From Macrostomum lignano (taxonomy: Eukaryota), in the NCBI GenBank assembly GCA_002269645.1, contig NIVC01001950.1, forward strand, positions 1-64,000: a stretch of DNA of 64,000 bases, given 5' to 3'. Each line of letters begins with the position of its first letter. The first letter of the stretch is position 1. The notes under the pieces are model-generated. The model worked only from the letters and a program-made list of their open reading frames with translations. It did no database searches and had not been told where the DNA came from. This document shows, one piece after another, positions 35,591 to 48,609 of the stretch. Position numbers and translations under genes: made by a program.

Positions 35591-35976
35591 CGTCAGTGTG
35601 GCAAAAACCTGCTTCTCCGAGTGCAGCAGCAGCTTCGTCCAATTCAGCTTGTTGTCTTGTTAGTTCATCCGTAGTAGACACGACAACAGGAATTGGACAG
35701 TCTGAAGCACATTAGGGCGAGTACACTAAGTTATTAGTTTATAATTCAAGCATATAGTTTGCAATAGCATTCTAAACTTTATCATCCATAGTTTTATGAA
35801 ATCTGAATCCAACTATTCAAGTTCAGTTGCAACCTATTTGTCTGTGAAAATTGGCAATGTCAAGGAGTAACACTTACCACGAGTGTCGTCACACAATCCA
35901 CACTCCTGTAAGGCAGCAGCAGCATTGCGCAATTCGCAATCCACAGTCGCATCTCCTTTAACAACTTCCTTATCTT

Positions 35977-36010
<34 letters not shown>

Positions 36011-36193
36011 CATGAAATTCTTAACGTCTGTTTCAACAGTAGCGACAGCAGGAGTGCTTGTTTCGGGCTCGGGAGCAGCAACGACAGGTTCGCCTGTCTT
36101 GCAATCAATAGCGGCGGCAGGCTTCTTCTTAGACTCGAATGGACGCCCAAAGGTAACGCGCTTAGGCTTCCTTCCAGTTTTTTTCGGCGCCAT
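35591..36193 (-). CDS. Two spliced exons upstream of the RepHel gene (MAPKKTGRKPKR...)
   Basis: Exon 36193-35878 (GTAAGT, phase 1) and exon 35701-35591 (CTTCAG acceptor, GTAAGG donor, phase 1-1) join in frame. Confidence 0.6.
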
Positions 36194-36539
36194 ACTCCTT
36201 AATAATGGTTGAAAGTGTTGAAATTAAATGTTGCTATTTCATTATATTAAATAAAATTTTCCTTCTTGATTCTAAAACTGTAAACTGTGAATCTAATTTG
36301 CATTATGCATTGCATAAATATCTCTAAAATTCCAGTCATGTGTGTTAAAATCCAGAAAAAAATATTTAAAAAAATCAGCTAAACTCTAATAAAGACCAAT
36401 AAATAATTTCAACAATTGTACAAAACAAAAGAGCATAAAAAATATATTTTAACCCTAAGTTAAACAGACAGTTCAAACAGTTTTCTTAAAATGTGTAAAA
36501 TAAATTTAGTCACAAAAACTAGCCAGTTCAAGAGGATTT

Positions 36540-36725
36540 CTTGGCAGACACTTGGCATTAGTTAGCACTTACTTGGCATTAGTTGGCATTTACTTGGCAT
36601 TACTTGGCAGACACTTGGCATTACTTGGCAGACACTTGGCATTAGTTGGCATTACTTGGCACTTACTTGGCATTAGTTGGCAGACACTTGGCATTACTTA
36701 ACACTTATTTGGCATTACTTGGTAT
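36540..36725. repeat. 10-11-bp tandem repeat (TTGGCATTAC / TTGGCAGACAC)
   Basis: About 17 degenerate copies. Confidence 0.8.
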
Positions 36726-36984
36726 CAGATGGTATGCACTACTTTTCAGTTTGCATTGAGTTGGTTCAAAAATGTAAAGTGTAGTAACTATAGGACAAGC
36801 ACAAATAGTATCTCTGTAGTACTATTGTCTCTGATCCTAGTCTTTCTGAGTGTCTGTCAATTTAGATGCTAATGTTAGACTTCTAAAATCCCATAAAAAT
36901 TGCAGCTGAACCTCCTACAGACTACACCTACTGTGGACTTACCGCAGCCTGGTCCGCCACTGCCATGTCCTGATGGTTCTGTAA

Positions 36985-37659
36985 TTGTGGTGTTTGCACT
37001 CCCACAAGATCTACTTGCGCAGTATATTCCAAAGGCTTTGTGTTTGTACTCGTGGAATGACTGCGTCTTGTGTTCACATTTACAGTCAGCATGGCTACAA
37101 GCGGTGTGGTAAAGACCGAGTGTCTGTTATTACTTCCATTGAGGAGCCTAAAGTGGCTGTATTTCTACATGGCGTATATGGTGAAGCAATCCATGGCGAG
37201 CACCACCAAAATGGTAAAGAGTGGCTTCGTCGTCTTTCTACACCGTCTCAGACAGTAAATTTACCTCACCAACCTTGCTTTGCTCGTCCGTGCACATCAC
37301 CACACATGCGACGTGTACTTCAACGTTCGCTCACCCTGTTGGCGCTCCGTGGGAATGACCGCGTTCTTCGTATGCTTCATTCTGTGGTTGATCTCTGCTC
37401 AGCTATTCCGTTACAGAACAATGAGCCCAATCATAGCCGTTATAACGAAGAGTTAGTCAATAACCTTGAAGTAAACATCGGCGAGCAGGAGCTGGGCGGC
37501 GACGAGCAGGAGCTGGGCGGCGACGAGCAGGAGCTGGGCGGAGACGAGCAGGAGCTGGGTGGAGACGAGCAAGAGTCGGTTGTCCCGATGCAGCTGCGAT
37601 CGCGGCAAGTAAAATCTCAGATGGTGCTTCGTAAACGGCGTGTGGGACGAGCAAGATGA
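36985..37659 (+). CDS. Hypothetical protein, divergent from the Helitron gene, with 4x EQELGGD repeat and basic C-terminus
   Basis: 224-codon non-repetitive ORF of mixed composition. True 5' end unclear (acceptor-like TTGCAG at 36900-36905). Confidence 0.4.
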   Translation: MWCLHSHKIYLRSIFQRLCVCTRGMTASCVHIYSQHGYKRCGKDRVSVITSIEEPKVAVFLHGVYGEAIHGEHHQNGKEWLRRLSTPSQTVNLPHQPCFARPCTSPHMRRVLQRSLTLLALRGNDRVLRMLHSVVDLCSAIPLQNNEPNHSRYNEELVNNLEVNIGEQELGGDEQELGGDEQELGGDEQELGGDEQESVVPMQLRSRQVKSQMVLRKRRVGRAR

Positions 37660-40600
37660 TCTATTTAAAATTTCCATACGGATTCACTTGATCTGTGAAA
37701 CCCGCACTAGCCGTACTAGAAACAATATGCATTGTGGACACAAATATTTAAGAAACAGTTATCTCATAGACTTTTAATAGTGGTTTACGGAAGCAATATC
37801 AATATAAGTGAAAGGAACTTATTTCTAAGACACTAAACTAGGATACAATATGTGATCCATGTCTTCTGTTTGTTTTTCTGATAGAAACGAGACCCAGCAA
37901 GCTGTTAGTAGCAATCCATTTGTTAGGTCAATACGTATACCTTAGCCACATGAGTAAGTTTTAAAGTGTAATTCTCTCGGGGTGCTCTGCACGCATCCCG
38001 ACAAAAAATTTCTGGACATAATCAGCGTACTTTTGGTAATCCATTTTGCGTCTGTAATTTTGTAATTTCTCCATTCCTTGAAATATATTGTCTTAGCTCC
38101 TACGTGTTTCCTTTATATCCATAAGAACCATCTGATTCTTATCGATTTAGTCGATTTAGAGCAACAATAAATTTCGTAATTGACATTTATCTTAATTGAC
38201 TTTTGGAACATCTCAACTTTCACTAAATCACCCAGGATTCACCCCGTTCTGGTCCGTGATATCGCTAGGTGCTGTGCAAATGGTGCACAAATACGTAGAT
38301 AGTGAACTTTTAGGCACAGAAATGCACTATACAATGCTTTGAGATTTCTACTTTAGAATATCAGACTTTGAGATTCCAAAACTCTAAGCCGAGAAAAAGT
38401 TAAAAATAGCTCCAACTTTTTTGCCTCACTGCCTGGCGTCTCCGGAGTTTCGCCATTCGATTTCTCATGCCAAAATCATTGGGAAAGAGTCATTTTGCAA
38501 TTGGGCAATCATTTTGAAAAAAATTTCGACTTTTCAAAATCTCAGGTCAACTTACTAAAGTAATCCATGCACATACCAGCCATTCGAGCTCGAGTACATA
38601 CTCGTAGAACCGCCCGACACCATCCGGACCACGCTAAATTTTGATTGGGCATGCAAAATGCGTTCGAAAGACGGCAACGCGGTCGCTCAGAACCTATTAG
38701 AAGCGCTTCTAGTGGGCTAAAATAGCACATTTATTGGGTCTTATATCGATTTTTTATCAGAATTCAGCATTTAGTCTCAATATCCGACTGCCGGACCGCT
38801 AGGATAGCACATCAGCCGCATAGCCGCATAGTGTCTGCAAGCTGCCAGCGAATACGGCGACACTTTTCATGAAAAGCGAAGCTGCCCAGTTCCTCTGAAG
38901 TGCAACAACCCATGCACGGGTGCTCCTGGCGTGACGAAATTGGGGAGCTACATAGGAAATACTCTGGGAGGCATTAAAAATGGCTAAAATCCTCTTAAAT
39001 AGATCTTTTAGATCTCTTAGCTGGATTAAAAAAAGAAGTACCGGAATATGTTCTGGACACGAATTTGCATCAAAGAACGACGCGATAAATGAGCGAAAAC
39101 GTGGCAAAATATTCTTATTTTTAGAAGCAAATGTACCATTAACAAATTTTACGTTGTAAAACTTTCCAATAACGATTAGACTTTATTGCATAAAAGCTTT
39201 TTATTTTGAAAAGCTAAAAAAATGCCACGGTTGTCAAATGCGCATGTAAATGTTCAAGAAACAGTAAAAAAACTTCAAAATGCACAAGACATTACAATGA
39301 GACTTGTGCAAAAGAAGTTTTAAAGAAGAGACAACAGACAAAACAGAGACTGCGTCTGAAAGCTATTTAAATGTCAAAAAGTAGGTACATTTGTCTCACT
39401 GTCGCCCATCGCTCCCCTTACCTCCATCTCGCCCTTCCTCAAATCCTTGCCTTAATCTGCCTTGTTCTTTCCCACAAACCTCGTGTTACTCATTATTTTT
39501 CTCTCAGTACTCAGCTCTATTTCGCCAGCGCCTTCCGTCGCTCTTTTTCTACTCAAGCTGCCTCTTTCGATGTGAGGTAATTTGGGGAAGAGAACAAATT
39601 TAATAAACGCAATAATTTCGGGTATCTTCAGATTAACGGCAGAACATATTTTATCGCTTTCAGTTATAAATCCGAACAGTTATTTTCTTAGCAGAGCGTC
39701 CGGACGGAAGCGGATTTCCATAGATGATGTAACCGCCCTTGTCGCCTGTCCGCTCCGTAGAGAGACGAACGCATGGCTAGAGGGGGCAATGACCGTAGGC
39801 TGCCTATGACCGGGCGATGACCTGACGGACCTCCAGCACCAGACTGTCCCGCCCACATGATTAGTAGCTTTGGTAGCGCTTCGTGACCAGAGGGCCAAGG
39901 ACCCACATGGACCCCACCTGTAGCCAAGGTGCAATAGTTGGTCACTCGGTCATGGTATGACCGAGTGGCTGCCACCACTCTATGTGACCTGGCGCACCTG
40001 GATCTTTCTACCAGACCTCTCGAGGCTAGAGCCCCGCCTGGATTGGTTACCAGGGGATTTAGGCTAACAGGGGAGACGCATGCAGCCGAGTACAGGGACT
40101 CTGCTTGGGGCATGATCGGGAACTCTGGGCTCAATCCTGGAGGATTTCTCAGCAGGGGATCCTTTGTGGCTGTGAGCGAGGCTGACTTGCGACTTTGATT
40201 ACTAAGAGTAGTATGAGGCGAACATGTACTGTCTACAGTTTAGATTGCTCAGGGCGAAGGGACGCGTTAGCATGGGGTTGCAACCTTCCTACTGCCATTC
40301 TGTGCCAAGACTCGCTAATCCCTCTACTGCACGCACACGCGGCCCCGCAGCACGCACTCACAGGCGGGCTTTGCACGGGGAGAGGCCATTAGCTTACCCA
40401 AACTTCCTTATGCTTTGCCACCCCGGGAGAAAGGCTTAGCAAGCCATGAGTGAAATGATGGTGAAAGATTGAATAATGATGAAGTTAGTTAATAGTTAAT
40501 AATTAGGCCCTTAGGCAAATAAGCAGGCAATTAGGCGGCTTCACTATTGAGTAAAATACAGCAAAAGATACGGTATCACAATTGGCTCAGCTCTCTAATC

Positions 40601-41001
40601 AGACAATGGAAAATAGGCAAACCCCGGATAAGCAAAGGCAATTAGAGCACAAATTAGTAGCAGGAACTTACCGGCAGCTGCACAGAGAGAGAGAGAGGCG
40701 GAGTGACCGAGGGCGGCTGTAGGCTGCAGTCAGGCAGACGGTGAAGCGGCGATGCGCTGGAGCGACGAGGCGCTGATGTAGATCAGGCGATGCTGATGAT
40801 GCTGGGCGGTATCAGACCGCTGGCCGATAGGCGAGCTCACTTGGGGAGCTAAGGATAACTTGGCGGTAACAGACCGCGGGCCGGCAGGGATTCGTCTTAT
40901 AGACGAATGGGTCAGAACTCAATCTGACAGCAAGTCCAAAGAAGGACGAGGAGAGGAACAGAGATAAACTCAGTTGAGTATTCTCATGCCGAAATCGCTT
41001 C

Positions 41002-41093
41002 CTTTTATAGACCTCACAGCCGCCTCCTCAAGGTCGTTACCATGGCTCCCTCTCTCTGATTGGCTGCCGGCAGAATGACGTCAGAATGAGTCA
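41002..41093 (-). promoter_or_regulatory. Pol II promoter-like cluster (AP-1, CRE, CCAAT, TATA)
   Basis: TGAGTCA 41087-41093, TGACGTCA 41076-41083, CCAAT 41059-41063 (minus), TATAAAAG 41002-41009 (minus), in canonical order. GTAAGT donor ~330 nt downstream (~40670). Confidence 0.5.
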
Positions 41094-41949
41094 TGATGAG
41101 AAGCATGAGACCGGCATAGCAACATGAGAAATCGGGAAATTGCGCAATCCGGAGGTGGGGTGGGGGGATAATTGGCGCAGCGGGTGGTCGCGAAAGTGTT
41201 GCGCAAGCAAACATTGAGAACAATAGGGCTGGGGTCGAGAACAAAGGAATTGGAAATCGGGGATAATTGGGGAAAACTGAGAACAATGGAAAAGTAAACA
41301 TTGGAGAAAAGGTGATAATTAGGTGCGAAAACGAGAACAAAAGAAAGAGAAAATCGGAGAAAATGTGATAATTGGTGGGGGTCGAGAGAACAAAAGAAGC
41401 AAAAACGAGAACAATAGAAGCGGAGGTGGGGTGGGTGTCACATGAGAAATTTGGGAAGGAGAACAATAGCGTGAGAAAAGGTTGCGCAAGAGAGGGGGAT
41501 GAGTCATCGATGAGTCACCGAGGGGGAGAAGGGGTCACACGACTTGCGTCACCGTTTGGGAGTTTGAGAGGGGATGGGGAGACGGTGAGCACACAAAGTA
41601 CTGTAAGTAGACACAGGGAAAGAGGGGACAGCGCAGGAAAAGAGTGCAGAGGGAGAAAAAAAAAGGGAGGAGGTAGAGAAAGTACAGGAAGAATAGGGCG
41701 GGAACAGAAGAGATAGGGTAGAGGGGGAGGTACAGAAAGGGGTAGGGGCTCCGGAAAGGCAGGTGTGGCGGCAGGAGAGACGGGACCAAGGCAGCAGGAG
41801 GGGTGCAGCAGAGCGGGAGTCTCCAGGCCCGGTCGGAGACCTGGCCGAGTCCCGACAGCTCTGTGCAGAGGGTGCACGGGATAGGAGGCACTTTCGAAAA
41901 AGTTCCCATGCCCTATCCCGCGACCAGAGCGTGGTTACATCATAGAGAC

Positions 41950-43410
41950 GAAAAAACCGTGACCGAATCGCGATTCTAGGCAGTACGCTCGCAGATGATA
42001 AAAAGTTTTGCGCAGCTGTGAGGTTGCTTTCCAGGAAGTTGCGACTCCTGTGGATGCACTCTGGGGGTCATATGATGTTCCATATGCCCCACTACAAACC
42101 GATGCTGCAGTAAGGCAGACTTGGTTACAATGGAGCAGCTGCACCCGGGACACACTTGCCCCTGGCATTCAGCCGATGTGAAGGCTACAAAAAGCGGATG
42201 ATCATTTTCCCAAGGCCGACACTCTTCTGAATTTGCCATTTCTGACGGAAAAGGCGTTTCCATTGGAGCCTTCCTTGGCGGCCTGCGCAGACGAGAAGGA
42301 TTTTTGTTTCCACGTGTGTCACCGGCACCTGGCCGAAGGTCAATGTGAGTGGCCGTACCTGCATGAAAAGAAAAAATATCCTAAATAGACTTCGCGACAG
42401 TTTTACGGACATGAGCAAATATTCTTTTATTGTCAGGACACTGCCCATTTAACCAGTTTAACCAATGCTAATTGCTTAAAAATTTTAAGTTGTCCTTAGT
42501 TCCCAAAACTGAAAGGAATAATAATTAAGGTGACACAACTCCCAAAGCCTATAGAATCTGTATCCGCCTATATTAATATAGAATCTGTGCCCAAAGCTGC
42601 TAAGGGTATAGACTTGACAAGACTTTGATTATTCCATCGACTGTTTTGCCCGGCCACATACAATCTTTACTTTTGCTAATATGGGGCCCATTCAAATGAA
42701 ACAGGCGTATTAAAGAAGAAAAGAGTATATTTTCAGAAGTTAAACACGTTCGTGTACTACTTATAACTTACTTCGCGATGCCAAAAAATGTTTTAGATGA
42801 AGACTCTGTTCGTCAGCAGAGAGCTGATTTCAGTCTTCGTTAGCAACAAGATGTTAGGTCCATCCTCGCTGCAAATTGTAATCCCCAGAGCCGTGAAGTG
42901 CGGATTCGTCAGCAGCAAACTCTAATTTGATACGCGATTTAAACTCTGACAGTGCGTCTGTGACAAGTCTCTGGTGCTCACGAACACGAAACGCTTTCAA
43001 ATCGCGATTGAGTCGTTCCTGGCGTTGTTGCCATGCAGAATTTAGGCCGGCTTCAGAAAGGCGAAATCGGGTGGCTTTCTGCTTTAATGTGTCCGCCGCC
43101 TTTTTCTGAAATAACGAAAAGGTAGGAAGTAATGCAGCGTACACTTTACACACAATGTTAGTTTTTATCAACCCAATTCGTCTTGCTTCTGTTACATCTT
43201 TTAGTACATCATTAAATTTATTTAATACATCTAATACATCTTTTAAAACTTACTACAGAGTGCTAGGTTCATGAAGAGAATGTTACGAGTAATTGAATTA
43301 TTCAAATAAGTGTCGATGGAGTCTTTACCTTGATATACTGGAACATGACGGCGCCTACTGGGCCCTGCGATGGCCACTCATTCTCAATGTCCGACAGCTT
43401 CCTATCGAAA
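41950..43410 (-). pseudogene. Fragmented spliced MULE-like transposase-related gene
   Basis: Pieces FDRKLSDIENEW..MFQYIK, ...ESALHGSGDYNL and VCPGC..GHME..YHLRAYC resemble C-terminal regions of animal MULE/SWIM proteins (family call from recall). Frameshifted. Confidence 0.45.
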
Positions 43411-43899
43411 TAGCCAGAATCCGGCGACTCTAAGGTGTCATTGCAAAGCTGAGAAGAAGTCAAGAAGTAATAGAAGTTTCAGAGCAAATGATTGAAGCAT
43501 AGAGACGGAGCGATAAGTCAAAGATTTGGTTGGTCCTGGTACGGATGATGAATGACTCACGGAAAGCACACTTTGGAAGCAGATATCCCGGGAAATACAA
43601 AAGTCCGACATGTGTCATTGCAAAGCTGAGGCATGCGTCAAGAAACTGACAAAAAATTCATTGCTACCGTTACTTCATAAGTTCTTTGGCGTGAGAATTT
43701 TTTTGTAAGGAATGTGTGATAAAATTCGTTTTGACACACTTTGTATTCGTACCAATATTTTTTTCTTTAAGACAAAACTTTTGTCTACAAAATTTTAAAG
43801 CTGAATACGGCGTCAGGGTAAGTAATGCATCCCGAAACATAAATTCATTTTTTGTTTGAATTATCCGTTCGAAGGAGAAAATATCTGTCGGGGAACCCT

Positions 43900-45860
43900 C
43901 GTGAGGTGGGGTGGAGAAGAAAATTTAAGAGAAAATGTGCTTTTCAAATAGGTTAGATGTCGGTTTCGCTGTCGTTAGCAGAACACCGGAAAATCTTCGC
44001 GCGGTCTTAGACTTGAATTGCCGCTTGTGCTGTCTCGGCACTCGTAAAGCCGGAAAATGCACGAATTGATGCACTGACTCTTCTCCTTGGATAGTCCGTC
44101 TGCCGGGTCCTCAATTCCGGGGGGAGGGTAGTCGTAATCGTAGTCGAGTGGTCTTGTAGCGGCCCGTGTCGTTCAGAAGGGGTCCTCAGACACCGTAAAC
44201 TCGTAATTCGTCGAGATTGCTAGTTGTGTTACTCTCAGTAGTAAAGTAGCGCTGCCACCACCGTAAATGTCGTTTTACGGAACGTTGAGGGTCTCAGAGC
44301 TTTCTTTGAGTTGAGACTGAGACTGATTGGTTATTTTACGCCCCGCTGGCAAATGACTCAATAGAAAACTAAAGGCTTCGAATCGGAACAACTGAATAAA
44401 TATTATTGTTATTGGAGAAATTATTATTATTAGTTATTATTCCTGCCGTCAAATGTTAAAGAAAAGAAACACCTCGAGAGACGGATTCGGCTGTGCCGAG
44501 GGCGAGCTAAATTATTAGCGTTTTAGTCGCAAACTAAATATTAAGGAGCAAAAAACAAAACACACAAAAGAAGGGGAGGGGGAGAGAGAGGAACAAAAGG
44601 AAAGACGAACCAAAAGATTTTTACATCAACTTTATAAATATTAAATTAACATGAAAAAACCCAGGGGTGGGACAAAGGATGGGGCAAGGGAAGGGACAAC
44701 GAAGGAAAAGGGAAAAACCCGGCCACTGGAAGCACTAAAACAACAGAGGCCACGGGAGGGAACAACAGAAGGAGCAAACGAAGGAGCAAGGGCGGGGACA
44801 ACCGGGGGAACAAACAGGGGAGCAAAAATTGAAAAAAAATGACGTCAATCCGTCATCCTAGGGAATTGAGCTGATCGTCCCGCCGTTGTCCGCGCTGGAG
44901 GCCTGCCGTCGTTCACCCCAGTGGTAGTGAGGTGGGGGCGGAGAAAGAAAATAAAATTTGAAAAAATAAAAAAATGGGTTGTCCGGGTTTCTTCGAAACC
45001 GGTTGGCGTCGTGTTCGCACGAATTAAATCCGGAAATCGCGCAGACGAATCACCACGAAAATCTTTTCTCCTGTTTTACTCCGACTGCCGGGGTCCTCAA
45101 TTCCGGGGGGAGGGTAGTCGTATTCGTAGCAGAGCGGTCGTTGAGCGGCACGGTCGTTCCGATGGTAGACACCGAATATTCTGACACCGTAAAATAGCGT
45201 GTGTCGTTTAATCGAATTGGTACTATCAGTAGGGTAGTTGCTGCCACCACCGTAATTTACGTATTACGGAACGTTGAATTCTCAGAGCTTTCTTTGAGAT
45301 GAGAACTTTTGGTTGTTTTACGCCCCACGGGCAAATGACTCAATATAAAAACTAAGGGTTTAATGAACAAACGATTAATTATAAATTGACGGTTTATTAT
45401 TAAACTAGCAAACAATAGCTAAATATTAGAGTCTGAGACGGCCTTCCTCGACTGATGGGTCCGGCGTGCCGGGTGCGGGATAAATTTAATTACAACTTAA
45501 CGTAAAACTATAGTACCAAAGAAAACGAGCGAGAAACGAAGAAGTAGTAGAAGACAAAGACGAAAAGGAACAAAACAAACAACAGCAGAAGAGAAAATAC
45601 GGGCACCAAACAGCGCGGTATAAATAAAATAAAAATTCTTCTTGCCAGAGGGCGGGACACCCGCGGACCCAGTGGATGGAGAGCAAATTGCCATCCTGGA
45701 GTTCCTTGGCTGGCAGCTACGCAAAATTATAAGAAACAACATTATTAAAAGGGGAAATTACATCGCTTGGGGCAGTGATTGGGGCACAGAACGGAGGCAA
45801 AACTTTTGATGGGGCAGCGATTGGGGCAGACGGTGGCATGACGTCAAGATTACAACGGTG
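43900..45860. repeat. Diverged ~1-kb tandem duplication
   Basis: Shared blocks GTGAGGTGGGG, CTGCCGGG(G)TCCTCAATTCCGGGGGGAGGGTAGTCGTA, GCTGCCACCACCGTAA, GCAAATGACTCAATA and TGACGTCA recur ~1 kb apart. Confidence 0.75.
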
Positions 45861-46421
45861 GCAATTTCACGAAACTAAGCAAATTATCGTAAAAAATATT
45901 ATTAGCCTTAAGTAGAGGAATTGTCATAGACGGAGCAAAATTATTATTAATAAGGTAAATTATGCAGGTGAATTAAAAGGGGGGTGAATGAAGGCAACGC
46001 ACAAATTAATTTCAGTTTAAGCGATCTCACTCAGTGGTAGACGCACTACCACAGTAGACCGGCCTACCACACTCACATAGTCCCGACTCCCATAGGGACA
46101 GTGCTAGGTGATCGTAAAACGAAAGAATGCCATAGTTCCTATATTTTACATTTTATGCATAGACAGCAGAGGCTTATGGCATAGGGGACACATGTCTCCC
46201 AAAATAGAGTCATGTTGTCAAGAATTTTAACAGAACCCTTTAAAAAAGAAAAGTCTCACTGTTGTGTTGGTACTAATTTAGTATACTTAATATACAAATT
46301 TGATAATCAAATGAAATATTTTTTGTTCTCATTTTAAATTATATATATATATATATGCTATGAAAACATCTTGGTAGGTATTATTTAAATACAATGTTCA
46401 AGTGTTTTCTATATAACTAAG

Positions 46422-46997
46422 CTAGGCCCCACAGCCAGGAAGACGGTAGAATCCTCGGAATTTTCCGGCGCAAATCAGCAATTTGCCGGCGCACGGCGCA
46501 CACTTCACTGCGCCGCGCGCATGGGCTCGGCGCATCGGCGCATGGCTCGGTGCATCGGTGCATGGCTCGGCGCATGGCGCACAAGGTACGTCAGTGTACG
46601 TGACAATATAATAATGAATAATAAAAAAACGTATATTAAATGTCAATCAATCAATAAAATAAACGATAGTCGATACGATAGTCGTTATTTCCAATGTTGT
46701 TTCTATTTCAAATTTCATTAATCGACTTAACAAACTTAACAAATTTGCGCCTTTCGCGGCTTTTGTTGCATCTTTTTGCTTATATTTTGCAAATAAAAGC
46801 CATGATTGAACTGCTTGAACTTCCATTGGTATTGATTCAATTTAGATACTTAATACTTGATGGTGCTTTTTCAAGTGTATTTTTCTCGGCGCATGGCGCA
46901 CAAGTAATTTTTTTTTCTCGGCGCACGCGGCGCACAACAAAAATTTTGATGGATGTTATTCCGGCGCACACGCTGCACCTTCCTGACCATGGGCTAG
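46422..46997. mobile_element. MITE-like element with GGCGCA-rich subterminal repeats
   Basis: Imperfect TIR CTAGGCCCCACAGCCAGGAAG versus reverse complement of the right end CTAGCCCATGGTCAGGAAG. Confidence 0.5.
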
Positions 46998-47802
46998 GCC
47001 TACCAACTTTTAGATCTATATTTTCCTGAAATTTTAAAACATTCATGCATAGCACAAATATAATAACTTGCTGAACATAACATATACAGTCCAATTTCCA
47101 GTTTATATTTTTGGTCTTCACAGTGGTCTTCATCCTCATAAGGAGCCACATCTGAGAAATTGCCATTATTTATGCAAGTAGAAACTTGCTAAGAAAAGAT
47201 GACACATGGCAATGATAAACTGCAAGACAGGAAAAGCTTCCCATTTCATGATTGATTTAGATAGATTGTCTTGGCGCAAGCCTGTCAAGTAGTAGTAGTA
47301 GGCCTTACACTATTTAATTTTTTCATACGCACACATGATGGAGAGGTAAGATCGCTTCTAAAATAAGACCTGTAAACTGTTGAAATGAATATAAATTGGT
47401 CGTCATAGTACAGTCAACATAGCAAAGAAGCTCAAAACATTTACTTGAAACAACAAATGAACTAATATTAAGATAATTGACAAATTCACGGCCCGGCCCG
47501 GGCTGGGCCGGGCCACAAAATAGCAATACCCTATCCCGCCTGCCACACTTTTCTCCGCCCCACCTCAATAGCCAAGTAATATTTAGAAGTTTGCATATGT
47601 TAAGGCTATAAGCATTTTAAATATGCATAAAAAGCATTTAAAAACTATCAAAAGTCGAAAATAAAATATTAATACTAAATTAAAAACAATGAAATCATTA
47701 GTATAATCTAACTTTAATTTTGTAAACTAGGATAATAAATTTTCACTAAGTGCTTAAACTGGAGCAATAAAGGGTATTATATAGTTTTTTTAATATTAAA
47801 AC

Positions 47803-48178
47803 TAGGGATAAAATAGGATCCTGATCCCAATCCCAAGGGCCAAAGGGGTAGTTGGGATCCCCATCCCAATGATAATAATCCTGACTCCCAAAATTGAGTA
47901 AGGGGTCTGTGGGGATTACATTTTTTCAAGTTTTTTCATTGAAGACGAGCTTATATTTTTATACCAAATATGTCAAAGTAAATAATAGTAGTCATATAAA
48001 TAAGTAGTTTGTTGTCAATTTTGTTTATAACATTTTATTAAAATGTTATAATATGAGAAATAACTAAATTCTTATCTGTATACTTATAATATTATTTCCT
48101 AAATCCAAATCACAATTCCCAAAAAATTGAATCCCAATCCCAATCCTACCCAAAAATTTTGATCCTATTCAAGCCCTA
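47803..48178. mobile_element. hAT-like MITE (TAGGG TIR)
   Basis: TAGGGATAAAATAGGATC versus reverse complement TAGGGCTTGAATAGGATC. Internal ATCCCA repeats. Confidence 0.5.
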
Positions 48179-48609
48179 ATTAAAATTTTTTTAAAATCTA
48201 GTTTAAAATCTAATTCAATATGCAATAGCAGCTTAATAAATAATTAGCAACCATTTTTTCATATTGCCTTATAAAGTGTACTAACAAAATGTTTGTCTTG
48301 ATCTTGATAAGAACCCAAGCATTTTGTCTTGACTTAGATTTTTTAAGCTTTTTAGTTTCTTTTGCTTTTGAATGCCAAACAATTTAGAATAATAATGCTA
48401 TTTAAAATATTAGTTAGCTTTCTTAAATATTAGTTTAGTTATTATCAAATATTGATACTGAAATTTGACAGGCTGAAAAGTGTTCTAATAAATAGAAAAA
48501 AATTCATTTTAATGACAATGTATTGAATATTTGTTAATATCCATGGTAGCTTATTTCAAACTTAGGAAGCATAGTGGGTGGCACCCACAAACTAGTACTA
48601 CTAAAGGCT

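Noticed and set aside
39680-40440. GC-rich block with several short ORFs on both strands
   Set aside because: No recognisable motif in any frame and multiple stops.
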